This document shows positions 1-12,165 of a stretch of DNA of 64,000 nucleotides, in pieces. Origin of the DNA: Camelus ferus. Taxonomy: Eukaryota. The position numbers and the translations under genes were made by a program. Location of the stretch: assembly GCF_009834535.1 (NCBI RefSeq), contig NC_045697.1, forward strand, positions 109,556,001-109,620,000, written 5' to 3'. A model generated the notes under the pieces. It searched no databases and was not told where the DNA came from. It saw nothing but the letters and a program-made list of their open reading frames with translations. Within the stretch, counting starts at the first letter, position 1. Every line of letters starts with the position of its first letter.

Positions 1-183
1 ACAGAATCTATGACTGTTCTAGAAATTAGCTAGGAAATCATACTTTGAGCTTATATGGATTTTTTTTTTCATTTTAATCATGTAGATCATGGTTTGTGGA
101 TTCAATAAATGTTGATATAGTAAATTGTTTTAAATAAAATTTGCAGTTCATCTGTACTAAATCTCACTTTCCATCCTCACTAG

Positions 184-370
184 AACTGAAAGACAGCAAG
201 CAAATTTTATCTATTACAAAGAACTTCAAGGTTGAGAATATCGGACCGCTTCCTATAACTGTGACGTCTCTGAAAATTAATGGGTATAATTGCCAAGGTT
301 ATGGATTCGAAGTGCTAGACTGTCATCAGTTTTCCTTGGACCCCAGCACGTCCCGGGACATCAGCATTGT
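184..370 (+). CDS. TMEM131L: TMEM131L internal coding exon ([24 protein letters not shown]...RDISIV)
   Basis: TAG acceptor 181-183, GTGAG donor at 371; 187 nt, phase 1 in/2 out; peptide matches TMEM131-family luminal region as recalled. Confidence 0.93.
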
Positions 371-582
371 GTGAGCACTGGGCTGGAACCTCATTTAAGT
401 TTGGGGATGCATTTAATATCTGGTGGGGAGAAACCCTTTTTCATCGGTAAGATGTCTTAAGTTGTTTTCATACAAGTATTTATCTTGTCAGTGTAAGAAA
501 TTTTGCTGCCATGATAATTATTTTGTTTCGTGCCTAAAATGTAAACAATGAAGGTTCGTAAAGATGGCTCTTCTGTTGTTAG

Positions 583-768
583 GTTTACCCCAGACTTCAC
601 CTCTTCCTGGGTCATTCGTGAGCTGACTCTTGTGACGGCAGCAGACCTCGAGTTTCGCTTCACTCTCAACGTGACCCTCCCGCATCACCTGCTGCCTCTG
701 TGTGCGGACGTGGTTCCAGGGCCCAGCTGGGAGGAGTCGTTTTGGAGGCTCACGGTTTTCTTCGTTGG
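583..768 (+). CDS. TMEM131L: TMEM131L coding exon ([16 protein letters not shown]...WRLTVFFV), start of transmembrane helix
   Basis: AG 581-582, GTAAG donor at 769; 186 nt, phase 2/2; FTPDFTSS motif. Confidence 0.95.
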
Positions 769-1392
769 GTAAGCTACCACCTTCTCCGCTGGAGAAGACA
801 TCCCGGCGCGTTGCATGAAAATGGATATTGTCCAGGTGTGAGCGAAGCATATGGGTTGAGTGGAGCTTAGGTTGCTTTGAGAACCCTGACATTCATGAAG
901 TAGACGAAGTAGTCACTGGTAAGCTTTAAGATAATAGTAAACTAATTGTAAGAGATTCACAGGGTGACCCAGGAGTATAGTGGACATTGTGTTCCATCTG
1001 TGTTCAAGGGCAGTCACAGTGGAAGGTGTATATGTAATATAACATCTAAGATACATAAACATCGTATAAGATGCATGATGTCTTATTAGCTTAGGACAAT
1101 GGCAATTTGAGATTAGAAGACTAGAATGACCCTTTAAGATGTGATTTTATCCTAGAAGTGTCTTTAAAAATTGAATTAGAATGTTGGAGTTAATAGTCAC
1201 ATTATTAGAAACTTCGTTTCTTAAAAAAATCTTCAAGAAATGTCAGAAATTGTGATGGCATACATCTTATGGGATTTTCATACCATATCTTTAGGCATTT
1301 CCCATCAACCATTCACCACTCTCCTGTAAAGCTGGTGTTTTTAACGCCAGTCAGAACCAGGCAGTAATGGACCTCGTTGCTTTCTTCCTCAG

Positions 1393-1542
1393 TCTGTCCC
1401 TGTTGGGTGTCATTTTAATAGCCTTCCAACAAGCGCAGTACATTCTGATGGAGTTCATGAAAACGAGACAGAGGCAGAACGCCAGCTCCTCTTCACAGCA
1501 GAGCAGTGGTCCAGTGGATGTCATCGGCCCCCATTCGCACAA
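1393..1542 (+). CDS. TMEM131L: TMEM131L coding exon ([28 protein letters not shown]...PHSH), end of TM helix
   Basis: Pyrimidine tract plus CAG ending 1392, GTAAG donor at 1543; 150 nt, phase 2/2. Confidence 0.94.
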
Positions 1543-1760
1543 GTAAGGAGGATTCTTGTAGCGTGTGTGTGGGCAGGTCTCACCTTTGATATCACTCATT
1601 TCTGGTTTTTATTGTAAGGTAATATACATTTGGATTCCAAGTGTGTTTTTGCACAATTTTCTTTTAAGTCTTATGTGACCACTGTGATATTTCTTTTATG
1701 ATGAGATAGACTTCACGTAAGTGTATTCAATTCTCCGAGCTTTAGAAGAACAGAATAAGT

Positions 1761-1900
1761 GGGGAGGAGGGTGCAGCTCAGAGGTAGAGTGCTTACTTAG
1801 CATGCATGAGGTCCCAGGTTCAATCCCTCGTACCTCCATTAAACTAAATAAGTAAATAAATAAACTTAATTACCTCCCCCACCAAAACAAAAAAACAAAA
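1761..1900 (+). mobile_element. tRNA-derived SINE (camelid Vic-1-like)
   Basis: A-box-like GCAGCTCAGAGG, B box GGTTCAATCCC, AT-rich/poly-A tail; four more similar copies in window. Confidence 0.85.
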
Positions 1901-2645
1901 ACATCCATGTTGGTACAAATAGCATTATTTTATGATTTTTTATGGCTGAGTAGTATTCCATGTATAAATATACCATAGCTTCTTTTTTTATTAAGATTTT
2001 TTTATTGAGTTAGTCACTTTACAATGTTGTGTTAAATTCAATTTTTCAGTTATACATGAACATACATATATTGTCACATTTTTTTTCTCTGTGAGCTACC
2101 ACAAGATCTTGTATATATTTCCCTGTGCTATACAGTATAATCTTGTTTATCTATTCTACATATGCCTGTCAGTATCTACAAATTTTGAACTCCCAGTCTG
2201 TCTCTTCCCACCCCCTGCCCCCTTGGCAACCACAAGTTTGTATTCTATGTCTATGAGTCTGTTTCTGTTTTGTATTTATATTCTTTTTTTGTTTTGTTTT
2301 GGATGACGCTAAGTGAAGTAAGCCAGAAAGAGAAAGACAAATACGTATGACATCACTTATACATGGAATCTTAAAAAAAAGACACAAATGAATTTATTTA
2401 CAAAACAGAAACAGACTCACAGACACAGAAGACAAATTTATGGTTATCAGTGGGGAGAGGGGGTGGGAAGGGATAAATTGGGAGTTTGAGATTTGCAGGT
2501 ACTAAGTACTATATATAAAACAGATAAACAAGTTTCTTTTGTATAGCACAGGGAACTATTCAATATCTTGTAGTAACCTATAATGTAAAGAATATGAAAA
2601 TGAATGTATGTATGTATCTGTATGACTTAAAAAACAAAACAAAAC
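1901..2645. mobile_element. Cluster of L1 3' fragments in opposite orientations (- 1901-2300, + 2300-2645)
   Basis: L1 3' UTR motifs (ACAAAACAGAAACAGACTCAC, TATAGCACAGGGAA) on both strands. Confidence 0.8.
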
Positions 2646-2655
2646 AGGTATTAGT

Positions 2656-2776
2656 GGGGAGTGTGTAGCTCAAGTGGTGCATGCATAGCATGCACAGGGT
2701 CCTGGGTTCAATCCCCAGTCCTTCTATTAAAGTAATAATTAAATAAACCTAATCACCCCCTCCTTGACAAAAAAAA
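2656..2776 (+). mobile_element. tRNA-derived SINE (Vic-1-like)
   Basis: TAGCTCAAGTGG ... GGGTTCAATCCCCAG, tail like the 1761 copy. Confidence 0.85.
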
Positions 2777-2917
2777 GAAGAGAAGGTGGAGAGCTCCCTG
2801 ATACACACAACACTGACTGCTCCCTCTTTCAGCGGGAGTTCAGGTAGAGGTGTCTTGGGTCTGCCTCGGTGTTACATTTGTTAATTCCTAATTAATTCCT
2901 AATCTTCCTAAATTCAG

Positions 2918-3462
2918 AAGCAGCTGCAAGAACTTTCTCGACACCTACGGCCCCTCGGATAAAGGCCGGGGGAAGAGCTGCCTGGCGGTCAGCGCCCCGC
3001 AGAGCAGGCTGCAGAACGCCCCGAAGAGGAGCCCGGCCACCTACGGCCACTCGCAGCGGAAGCACAAGTGCTCTGTGTACTACGGCCGACACAAGGCGGG
3101 CGCGGCCGGCGCGGCCGCCGACGACAGGCCGGCCGCCGCCGCGCGGGAGGACGCGTGCGCCGCTGCGCTGGGGGACGGCTGGGCGGGCGCGGGCGGCGGC
3201 CTGCACAAGCCCCTGGCGCTCCCCAAAGGCTGCCTGCGCGCCGCCGGCGGCCACGCCCCCCCGGAGTGCCCCGCCAAGGAGGGGGCACCGACGTGTATGT
3301 TTCCTAAGGAAACGGCCAGTAAAGGACCCGAGAACGCGGCCGCGCTCAAGGAGCGCGAGCCCTGTCCCCTGAAGCCCCCGAAGAAACTACCTGAAAGCCA
3401 TCTGCCGAGAAATCCACCTCAGTACCCGCCAGACCTGCCCGAAGTTTCCAGGAGAACTAACG
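2918..3462 (+). CDS. TMEM131L: TMEM131L large coding exon ([18 protein letters not shown]...[11 protein letters not shown])
   Basis: CAG ending 2917, GTAACC donor at 3463; 545 nt open, phase 2/1; overlaps ORF 3075..3521. Confidence 0.92.
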
Positions 3463-3666
3463 GTAACCTTTGCATCCTGTCTGATGACTCTTGTCTCCTG
3501 TTTGGGGCCGGTCTGTTTTGAGTGGACTTTGTTCCCACCTGTGACTTTAGGTTTAACGGTGGCGACTCAATTTCCAGTTCACGCGCAAAGGCTTATGAGC
3601 AGAGGCGCTAACTGTTGAAATAACGGTCTGTAAGATGGAATGTTGAGGACGACGCACCAAGTTTTT

Positions 3667-3753
3667 GTTTTATTTTTTTTTAACATTTTTTATTGATTTA
3701 TAATCATTTTACAATGTTGTGTCAAATTCCAGTGTTCAGCACAATTTTTCAGT
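3667..3753 (-). mobile_element. Short young L1 3' tail with TSD
   Basis: Nearly identical to the copy at 56546-56731; flanked by GCACCAAGTTTTT / GCACCAATTTTT. Confidence 0.8.
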
Positions 3754-5099
3754 GCACCAATTTTTAGAACGTCGCGGTTAAGAGTTTACTTTTCCGTTTA
3801 GTACCTATGTTAGAATGATGGGAGTACCACGTTTTACTGTGAGAATCTACGGACACCTATTCCTCATTATCTTTTTTCTTGGCTTTCCAGACTATTTATA
3901 TAAATCAATCAGCCCCTCCTCCCAAAATAGGGAAAAATCAGTCAGCCCATGAAATGTTTCTGACTGAACAAAACTTACTTTCTTACCGATTTACCAGCTG
4001 CCACCATCACAGGCTCCTTGTCCCTGTTTCTTCTCTAATTGTGTCCCTTGGTTAAAAGAAGACAGAAGTTCTCTTGTAGCAAATACAGTTAATAAAAATG
4101 CCAGCAAAACTAGACGGGGAGGCTTTCTTCCATATCCATTTGTCGTTAACTCTTTAATTGATCCCTCTGGCTTCTGGCATAAGAGCCTCTGCTTATATTT
4201 TCGCATCCATCCTGACCATTTTAATAAGTGCATTTCTGTTCCTATTAAAAGTCATATCTTTGACAGTTTTTAATATGGAAGAATCAGTGGTCTTTGATCT
4301 TATTTGAAATGTCTGAATATAAATGATTTCGTATTTTTTACTTCTTGATATTGTAGAGAAGGTGGTAGATTGGATGATTCTTATGAGCTTTATGGATTTA
4401 GTAGAGAAGAAACCAGACTGAATTGTACACGTTCCATCAAAGGACATTTCTACTTTAAAGGAAAGCCGGGGTCCTCTGAGTAGAGCATGGATTAGGCTCG
4501 CATTCCAGCACGCATTCCTGGTACCCCTTGTTCTAGCCCTCCGTCCTGTTTCCCTGGCCATAGTGCACGTGCTTGAATGGACTCCTGCTTGCAGGGTCAG
4601 CGCCATCCCCATGTCCCCTCCCCGTGGCGTGTGGGTATGCCCCCCGGATGATGTACTCAACCCGGTCTCCATGAAGTCAGAGCCTTCCTTGTCTGAGGGG
4701 GTTTATGGCGGGGCAGTGGGGACCTCCTCCCCCTTTTCTGTCACTCTCGACACTCTCTAGGGCCCAGGCTGCAAAGCTCTGTGAAAGGGCGAAATGATGG
4801 GGTGAGTCTGGTTGGACTTTTCTCTAGTTTTGTGTGTCCTTTAGGCCTGAGGACAGCATTGGACACAGGCTGACTTCACACCAACTTAAAATCATAGATG
4901 GTTTGAGGGAATTTTGTCCAGGAGTGCTTCTTCTGTGGTCCATTGCATCCATCAGGTGTCTGGGAAAATGCACCTGCAGAGTGCAAAGGCAGTGGCATTG
5001 CGGACGGATGGATGGGAGGGGCCTTCTGCATCATAGTGCTTTGTTGTTGTTGGTTTTTAATTGAACTATAGTTAGTTTACAATGTTGTGGAAAAAAAAA

Positions 5100-5216
5100 T
5101 GTTAGGGGGGTGGCAGTAATTAGGTTTTAATTTATTTTTGATTGGAGGTACTGGGGATTGAACCCAGGACCTTGTGCATGCTAAGCATGCGCTCTGCCAC
5201 TGAGCTAGACCCTCCC
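5100..5216 (-). mobile_element. tRNA-derived SINE (Vic-1-like)
   Basis: Reverse complement of the same head (GGGATTGAACCC...CCACTGAGCTA). Confidence 0.85.
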
Positions 5217-6487
5217 ATCCATCATTGCACTCTGGAGGGTGTGGCCCAGCTGTGTAGTTCCAGGGCAGGGCAGAGGATTCGATTTCATGCTTCAAGGTCC
5301 TCTTGTCTGATGCTTGTGGCTTAATGCCTGTAATTGAGCTTCAATGACCACGTCATACCCATCACTTCAGCAAGTGTGACTAAATTTAATAAGGGAGCCA
5401 GTAAACACAGCGTTTGCTTGTAACATTGTAGATGGTGAACTTGCCCAGAATCTTTTCTTCCTGGGCAATGACTGGTATGCCTGTAATGCTTTATGAAATG
5501 AAATGAATCTCTCACTACAAGAACTTTTTTACAACTGCCTTTTGGCTGGCTCATCAGCATGTGAAGTGGTAGCAGGGTGGTTGCTGATCAGATCAGATCA
5601 GTTGATGAAAGAACCCTAGCTTTCCACCACGGTCATACGAGCAGATGCAAAGGTGCTAATTCTCAGTCCTGTATTTGTCTCCAGAAGTCCTATGTCAGCA
5701 GGAGGCTCCTCACAGGGAAATCCATTGACTGACAGGTATTTGGTTCTGTCTGTCTTCTGTTTAGAAGACTATTCTAGGAAAACATCAGAGAGGTTAAAAA
5801 GTAAACAAATTGCCTGGCATCAAGTTAACCATTTAAACATTTTAAAGAGTTGAAAATTTAAACAATAAGAGTGGACTGAGAAATCTAGAGGAAGAAAATT
5901 GTAGTTTGCAGGTCGGAGACGCAGTTTTTTTGGTAACATTAAGGGTGTTGGGTTCTTTTGTCGGAATTTGAAGGGAAGCATCATAACGAACTGACAGGTA
6001 GTGACAGGCAGGGACCCCCAGTGTGCAGAACACTCAGGAATGAGAAAACCAAAAATATAAGCACCTCCTGAGTCTCCACTTTCGACTTTGAGCATTAGTT
6101 CTTTCCTTATTTTGAAAAGGATTGCACTTTGTGAAAAGCTTGTCGTTTTTATATTGAGATCCTTTCTAGAGTCTGAGGAAAACAGCCTCAGTCTTGAGAG
6201 CTGAACTCAGCCCACCTGGTGGTCTGGGAGCCTCTTCAGAACGTCCATTCACTCAGTGGAAACACTCAGTGTGTGTGCCACATTCTGGCCATTTCCACCA
6301 AAGTACGCAGATATTTTCAGAAACACTAGTGACAAGACCACCTTTGGGGAAGGGGTCAGGGAGGTGATCTGTCTCTTGAGTGATGTCCCAAACCTGTCAG
6401 AACCCCTGAAGGCACCTGAGGGATTGTGTCTTCTTTTACTGAGGCAGTTTTTTCCCTAGTGTAACTTACTGTGTGTGAGGAAAAAAA

Positions 6488-6742
6488 TTTATTTTTCAAT
6501 TCAAGTATAGTCAGTTACAGTGTGTCAATTTCTGGTGTAGAGCGTGCTTCAGTCACACATATACATACCTATATTTGTTTTCATATTTTTCATCATGGGT
6601 TACTAGAGGATATTGGATATAGTTCCCTGTGCTGTACAGAAGAAACTTGTTGTTTATCTATTTTATATATGGTAGTTAGTATCTGCAAATCTCAAACTCC
6701 CGATTTATCCCCCCCCGCCCCTCCTCACCGGTAACCATAAGA
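6488..6742 (-). mobile_element. L1 3' UTR fragment
   Basis: AAGTATAGTCAGTTACA...ATAGTTCCCTGTGCT...GGTAACCATAAG. Confidence 0.8.
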
Positions 6743-8884
6743 GGAAAATCTTCCAAGGTGGGTGTTAGTGGCTCTGGCTAGGTGCTCACCCTTGTCGGGG
6801 AGAAGCAGACCGTTTTCTGAACAATAGAAAATGTGTCATTCCTTTCTTCCCTGCTCTTTCTCCCATCTCCTTCTGAGAAGCCTGTAGTAAATCATAAATT
6901 AAAATTCCCAACAATAAGGAAGGCTGTTGCCAGATTGCTCAGGGCTGTTTCACACCCTTGCTCTCCGCGTCAGCCTGTCAGACAGCTGTGAAGGGAGCTG
7001 CATCTTCCAGGCTTGTGTTCTGTATCCAGGAGCCCCTTGATGGCCTGACAGGATCGCAGGGCTTTGTGTGTAGCGTAGATGATCTTCTGAAATAGGTCTC
7101 TTTTCAGAGGTTTATAACTATTATTTTTTCACGATGTGATCAAAATAATAAAAACTTAGAGGTAAAGATAAAATTGCTACTGATCTCAGCACTCTAAAAG
7201 AGGACCAGTCAGCACGTTTTCTGTTGTTTCTGCCTATGATAAAATAAAGGATAATGAACTTTTAAGGTTCCTAATGCCCCAAAGCCTTGAAATTAACAGT
7301 ACGTGGAAGTTCTCACCAAATTAGATGGATACCTCCAAATGTTCTGAAATACCAGTCTTCGCAGAAATTTTAAAAAATCGTCTCATTTTCTTATAGATAC
7401 TAATAACTGGAAATAAAAATGTAGTGGTTTGTTCAATGCACCATGCCATTAGACTGGCTTCAGTAGGACTCTGAGCAGGATTCTGGTCAGTTCACTTGTT
7501 CCTGTTCCATTTGTTTTTTGTCTTGTGGCTCAGACACTCCTCCTCCGAGGGATAAATGGAGGAAAGATATGTAAGTAAGTGCTCTGAGTAAACAGGCTTA
7601 GTAGGATGCCCTGGAATGGTTCTGCTTTTTAAAGGAAGTACATGTTCACAGCATTTCTAAGTTCTTGAATATCGTCACGTTAGAATTTCTCAGACACTTA
7701 ACAGAGGACCTGTTATTTGAATTCATTTTGTTGTTTGCCCTGATTCTCAGCCCCACCACAGGCATTACTGATTTTCTCAGAGTCTGCTTTACCTCTTCTT
7801 GGGCATGGTTTAGTGTTGGATGTTAAATTTGGATCCTTCCTAAGAAGCTTTGATGACTCATACTGAACTGAAGTGCTGTTTTTGACCTAAAGAAAATGTG
7901 AGGAAATCCATTTTGCTCATGAATTAAGACTCTAGGAAAGTTGTGGCACATTTTCTTGAGAATATCTGTGTTCTGTTCATACTGATGGCTTCCAGAATCC
8001 AAAGGGGTGTCTTAATTTCTGATTTCTTTTTCTGTTTGGACCCTGTCTCCCCTGCTCTTGGCTCTTTCCTGGGTTCCTTCATCGTGTTGGACGTTTTCCT
8101 CTGTGGGTGTCAAACGCCCAACTCGTGCGGGAGAGGAATTAACACTTCCCAGCGTTTTTATAGTTATGTAACATTTATATAATTTTCTGTTAACCAAATG
8201 CAAAAGTGCTCACTTTATAGGTATTCTTTTTTAAACGTGTGTGTGTTGGCCTCGAGTGAGTTGAGTTTGCAGCGTGAGGATTGCAGAGTTGGAGGGCACT
8301 GGCCCGCCCCCTCGTGTCCGCAGCCAGCTCTGCTGCGGGGTCTTGGCGCTGGGGTCATCTCCGCTTTCTCAGGTGGCCAAGGTATTGTGAGGGAGTCTTA
8401 GTTAAAGAAAAAAGGAGAAGGTGTTGAAATACTTTGTTTCCTATGAGAGCGCTGAGGCCCGTTACCGTGGGGTTGAGGTTGACTTGACCTTTTGTCGAAG
8501 TCAGAAATAGAAGAACAAACACGAGTGAAATCACTTGAAAGGAACCTGGAACTATCACACTCATGATGTGGTCCCTACTGCGTGGTGACATCGCGCCCAG
8601 AGCCCATCCCGCAGGCTGGCCCCGCTCCCGGGCAGGTGGGCACTGACCGCGGGAGAAGGCACCGCCCTCAGGAAGTTCATGTGTGAGATGGCTGTTACCC
8701 TCTGCATTTCTCTCTGTTCTGGTCACTTCTTTATAACAGACAGGATAGGCAGAGATGGTGGTAATTCATAAATAAGGAAACTGGGGCTCAGGCAGCTTAG
8801 AGACTGACTTTGATCCTCGCGCTAGTTAGTGCCTGAGTCATACCCAGAACCCAAGATCTCACCCCTCTCTCTCCCTCCCTCAAT

Positions 8885-9425
8885 TTAAAACAAATCGTGG
8901 TAAAATATACATAACATGAAAGTTCCCATTTTAAATGATAAAGTTCAGCGGCATGAACTGTTCACATCGTTGTAGAACCATCACCGTCATCCATCTCCAG
9001 ATGTTCTGATCACCCCAGACAGAAACTCTGTACCCATTACACAGTAATTACCCCTACTCCCTTCCCCGGCCCCTGCCATTCTACTTATCTCTATGAACTT
9101 GATGACTCTAGGTCCAAGTAGAATCACACAATATTTATCTTGTCGTGACTGGCTTATTTCAATGAGCTTAATGTCTTCAGGGTTCGTCCATGTTGTGGCC
9201 TGTGTCAGAATTTCATTCCTTTTTTTTTTTTTTCCATCTTAACCACTTGAGTGCACAGTTCAGTAATGTTAATTATATTCATATTGTAGTACCATGAATC
9301 ATTCTTTTTTAAGGTGTTCCCTGGTATTTACCACATTTTGTGTATCCATCCATTCATCCACATACATTTGGGGGGTTCTACCTTTTGGCTTTTATGAATA
9401 ATGCTGCTGTGAACAGTGGTGTGCC
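8885..9425 (-). mobile_element. Old L1M (L1MB-like) 3' fragment
   Basis: GTGGTAAAATATACATAACAT...GACTGGCTTATTTCA...GAATAATGCTGCTGTGAAC. Confidence 0.75.
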
Positions 9426-9652
9426 CCCATCATTCTTTCCTGGACCTCTTTTAATGACTTTGTAGAACTCAATATTAAAAGTAAATTTTCACCTGTAAAC
9501 AAAATCAATTTCTTAGAGCATTATGGGTGTCAAAAACCTTAAGTCTAAATCTCATTAAATCAAACGAGATCATTTGGTGTAAGGAGATTTAACTATGGGG
9601 AACACAAATGGAAATCATCAGCTAGAAACTGAATCATTTTTATTTATTCAAG

Positions 9653-9801
9653 GGAATAACCAGCAAGTGCCTGTCAAGAATGAAGCAGACAATTGTGAAA
9701 CTTTGAAAAAGGTTGACACAAAGTCTTCTTCAGAAAAGAAGATTCACAAAGCATCTAAAGAAGACATGTGTTCTGAGAAACAGGACATACCTTCAGTCGA
9801 G
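9653..9801 (+). CDS. TMEM131L: TMEM131L coding exon ([12 protein letters not shown]...QDIPSVE)
   Basis: AG 9651-9652, GTCTGT donor at 9802; 149 nt, phase 1/0. Confidence 0.92.
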
Positions 9802-10299
9802 GTCTGTATGCCTTTTTTTCTTGCCTATTAGAATTAAACCTATTTTTAGGGCTTAGTGTACGAATATCTGTGTGATAACTGTACATCTATATTTCATACT
9901 TTTCGAAGGGGATAGCTATACATTTGAATTTACACTGATGATTAAGGTTGATATGTTCAGAGAGTTTGTCTTCTAATTATACAGGAGATGCTAAAATAAT
10001 TTTTAGTGACATCAGATAGCTTTTACTCTCAAGGAAGCTGTTCTTAGGCAAATGGTTTAACTCCTGGGTAAAGATGCTAGAATAGAACCAGGGCACATAT
10101 CCAGCATCCATTTTTAGAGCATAATCTTTCTGAGTTAGAAGCATAAGCTTTTACATAAGCAGCCCCAGGACGGAGATGCCTTTCTTGCTCTGGTGTGTGG
10201 GCCCTAGTGTGACAGAATCCCAGAAGAGAGGGCAGAGCTTGTACTGATCCAGCTAGCTCTTTCGCTTCCCACCAGCGTGGGCCCCTGCAGAGTGTCTAG

Positions 10300-11300
10300 A
10301 AAGCAGAACTCATCCCTGTATCTCACAGGGGAAACTACAGTTCTCAGATAAAGGTGGGCAAGGGAATTAGGAGAATTACCTACTTTGGATCAGAACAAAG
10401 CGATCTGTGTATTAGCACAAGCATAGTGAAAAAAATAGACAGATAGACTGTAGTAAAAATGAAGGAAAGGAATAAAACATACAGAAGAAAGATGGAGACC
10501 CCAATCTGGAAGGAAGCATATCCAGAGACCTGAAGGAAACTGAGAATACGTCACACTATAGACTATGAATTCAATAAAATAAGAGTCTTTAGAGGCAAAT
10601 TAATATGCTAGGATGAGGTTGAAAGAGGTATTATAAAGCTCAGTCAATACATGTAGACATTACGTTACATGTGCAGTGGCTGAAAATTGACTCATTGACC
10701 TGAAGAAAAGGCTTTGAGATCATCAGAGTGAATGTGTAGGGAGAAAACTTGAGAGACTGAAGATTTTGGAGAAAAGGTGATGATAGATACGGGTACAAAG
10801 ACAAAACAGCCCAAGGTAAGAAGGATGGTTGTCTAAGTCAATGGCCCAAAAATGGATCAGAAAAGTATTCAGAGATGTAATAGTAAGAAAACTTTCCTGA
10901 TGTGCAGGAAGAACTGAATTTAAAGATCCAAAGGGCACACCGTGCACACCAGGAAAAGTGGATGGACCTGGGCACATCCCAGTTAAAGTGTTGGACTTAA
11001 AGCTTGAAGAAGGGGACAGGGTATAGCTCAGTGGTAGAGCGTGTGCCTGGAGTGCATGAGGTCCTGGGTTCAATCCCTAGCACCTCCGTTAAAAAAACAA
11101 AAGTTTAAAGAATTGTGCAGGAGAGGCAGGAAGATCAAAAACACACACACTTAAGCCTGCCTCAGACTTTGGAGAAACATCTGATGCCAGAGAACAGGGG
11201 AACAGTACCATTTAGAGAAAGATGAAAATATGAACCAGAATATTGTGTCCAGCAAGCTGACACTCAGGCACGAAGGCAACAGGATACTTCCCTAAACTCA
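10300..11300 (+). mobile_element. Degenerate L1/HAL1 ORF1-like remnant
   Basis: Purine-rich; ENFP...RAHR...HI.VK-like ORF1p remnants at about 10860-11000; boundaries approximate. Confidence 0.55.
11011..11102 (+). mobile_element. tRNA-derived SINE inserted in old L1/HAL1 ORF1, with imperfect TSD
   Basis: GGGTATAGCTCAGTGGTAGAGC...GGGTTCAATCCC plus A tail; flanks AAGCTTGAAGA / AAGTTTAAAGA. Confidence 0.88.
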
Positions 11301-11787
11301 AATGAACTCAGGAGCCTTACTCCAAAAATGAAGATAGTGAAACTTAGCCAACTAAGGTAGACCTAAAGACAGAGAGCCAGGGTTGAGGAAGCCGTGATAA
11401 AGGTCTCTTGTTGAGGTTTCTGTCCACTTTATATCCAGGAACTAAGACCTGACAGTTACGACTGCAGCCCAGATCGCAAATGTTAAAACCTTAACAAAGC
11501 AAAAATAATAACAAAATCTGCAAAAACAGGAGGTGAAAGGTAGGTGAAAATAAGTTTTAATTTTCATGTTTCTTGGTAGAGAGCCAGTACTGTGCAAAAC
11601 TGAAACGTGTAGTTTAATTAAAAGGGTGAAAACCTGCAAAAATACCTTTCACTATCTTTTTCTTAACCTTAGAGAGATCCATAGGGAATTAATATATTGT
11701 GGAGGAGAAACAGTTATTTAAGAGTTAGTAATTCCTTTGGTTCTACTTCAGTTTCTTCTGTTAAGTTCAGCTAAAACTGAGCCTTAA

Positions 11788-12165
11788 TTTTTTTTTATTG
11801 AAGTATAGTCGGTTTAGAATGTTGTATTAATTTTTGGTGTACAGCATAGTGATTCAGTTGTACATACATATATTCCTTTTCATATTGTTTTTCATTATAG
11901 GTTTATTAAATGATATTGAATATAGTTCCCTGTGCTATACAGTAGGACCTTGTTTATTTTACATGTAGTATTTGTATCTGCATATCCTGAACTCCCAGTT
12001 TATCCCTTCCCTCCTCTCTGTCTTCCCCTTGGTAACCAAAAGTATTTTTTCTCTGTCTGTGAGTCTGTTTCTGTTTTGTAAATAAGTTCATTTGAGTCAT
12101 TTTTTTTTTTTTTTAGATTCCACATATAAGTGATAACATATGGTATTTTTCTTTGTCTTTCTGAG
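11788..12165 (-). mobile_element. L1 3' UTR fragment
   Basis: Same family as the 6488 and 21960 copies. Confidence 0.8.

Noticed and set aside
2892..3349. Alternative-frame and antisense ORFs over the GC-rich exon
   Set aside because: Explained by ~85% GC; only the spliced TMEM131L frame has recognisable homology
3991..4672. Two adjacent minus-strand ORFs (159 and 80 aa) in an intron
   Set aside because: No motif I can recognise and no splice or poly-A support; may be an old TE remnant, and a BLASTX/Dfam search would decide
11011..11090. tRNA-like sequence
   Set aside because: SINE head with A tail, TSD and multiple diverged copies; no complete cloverleaf
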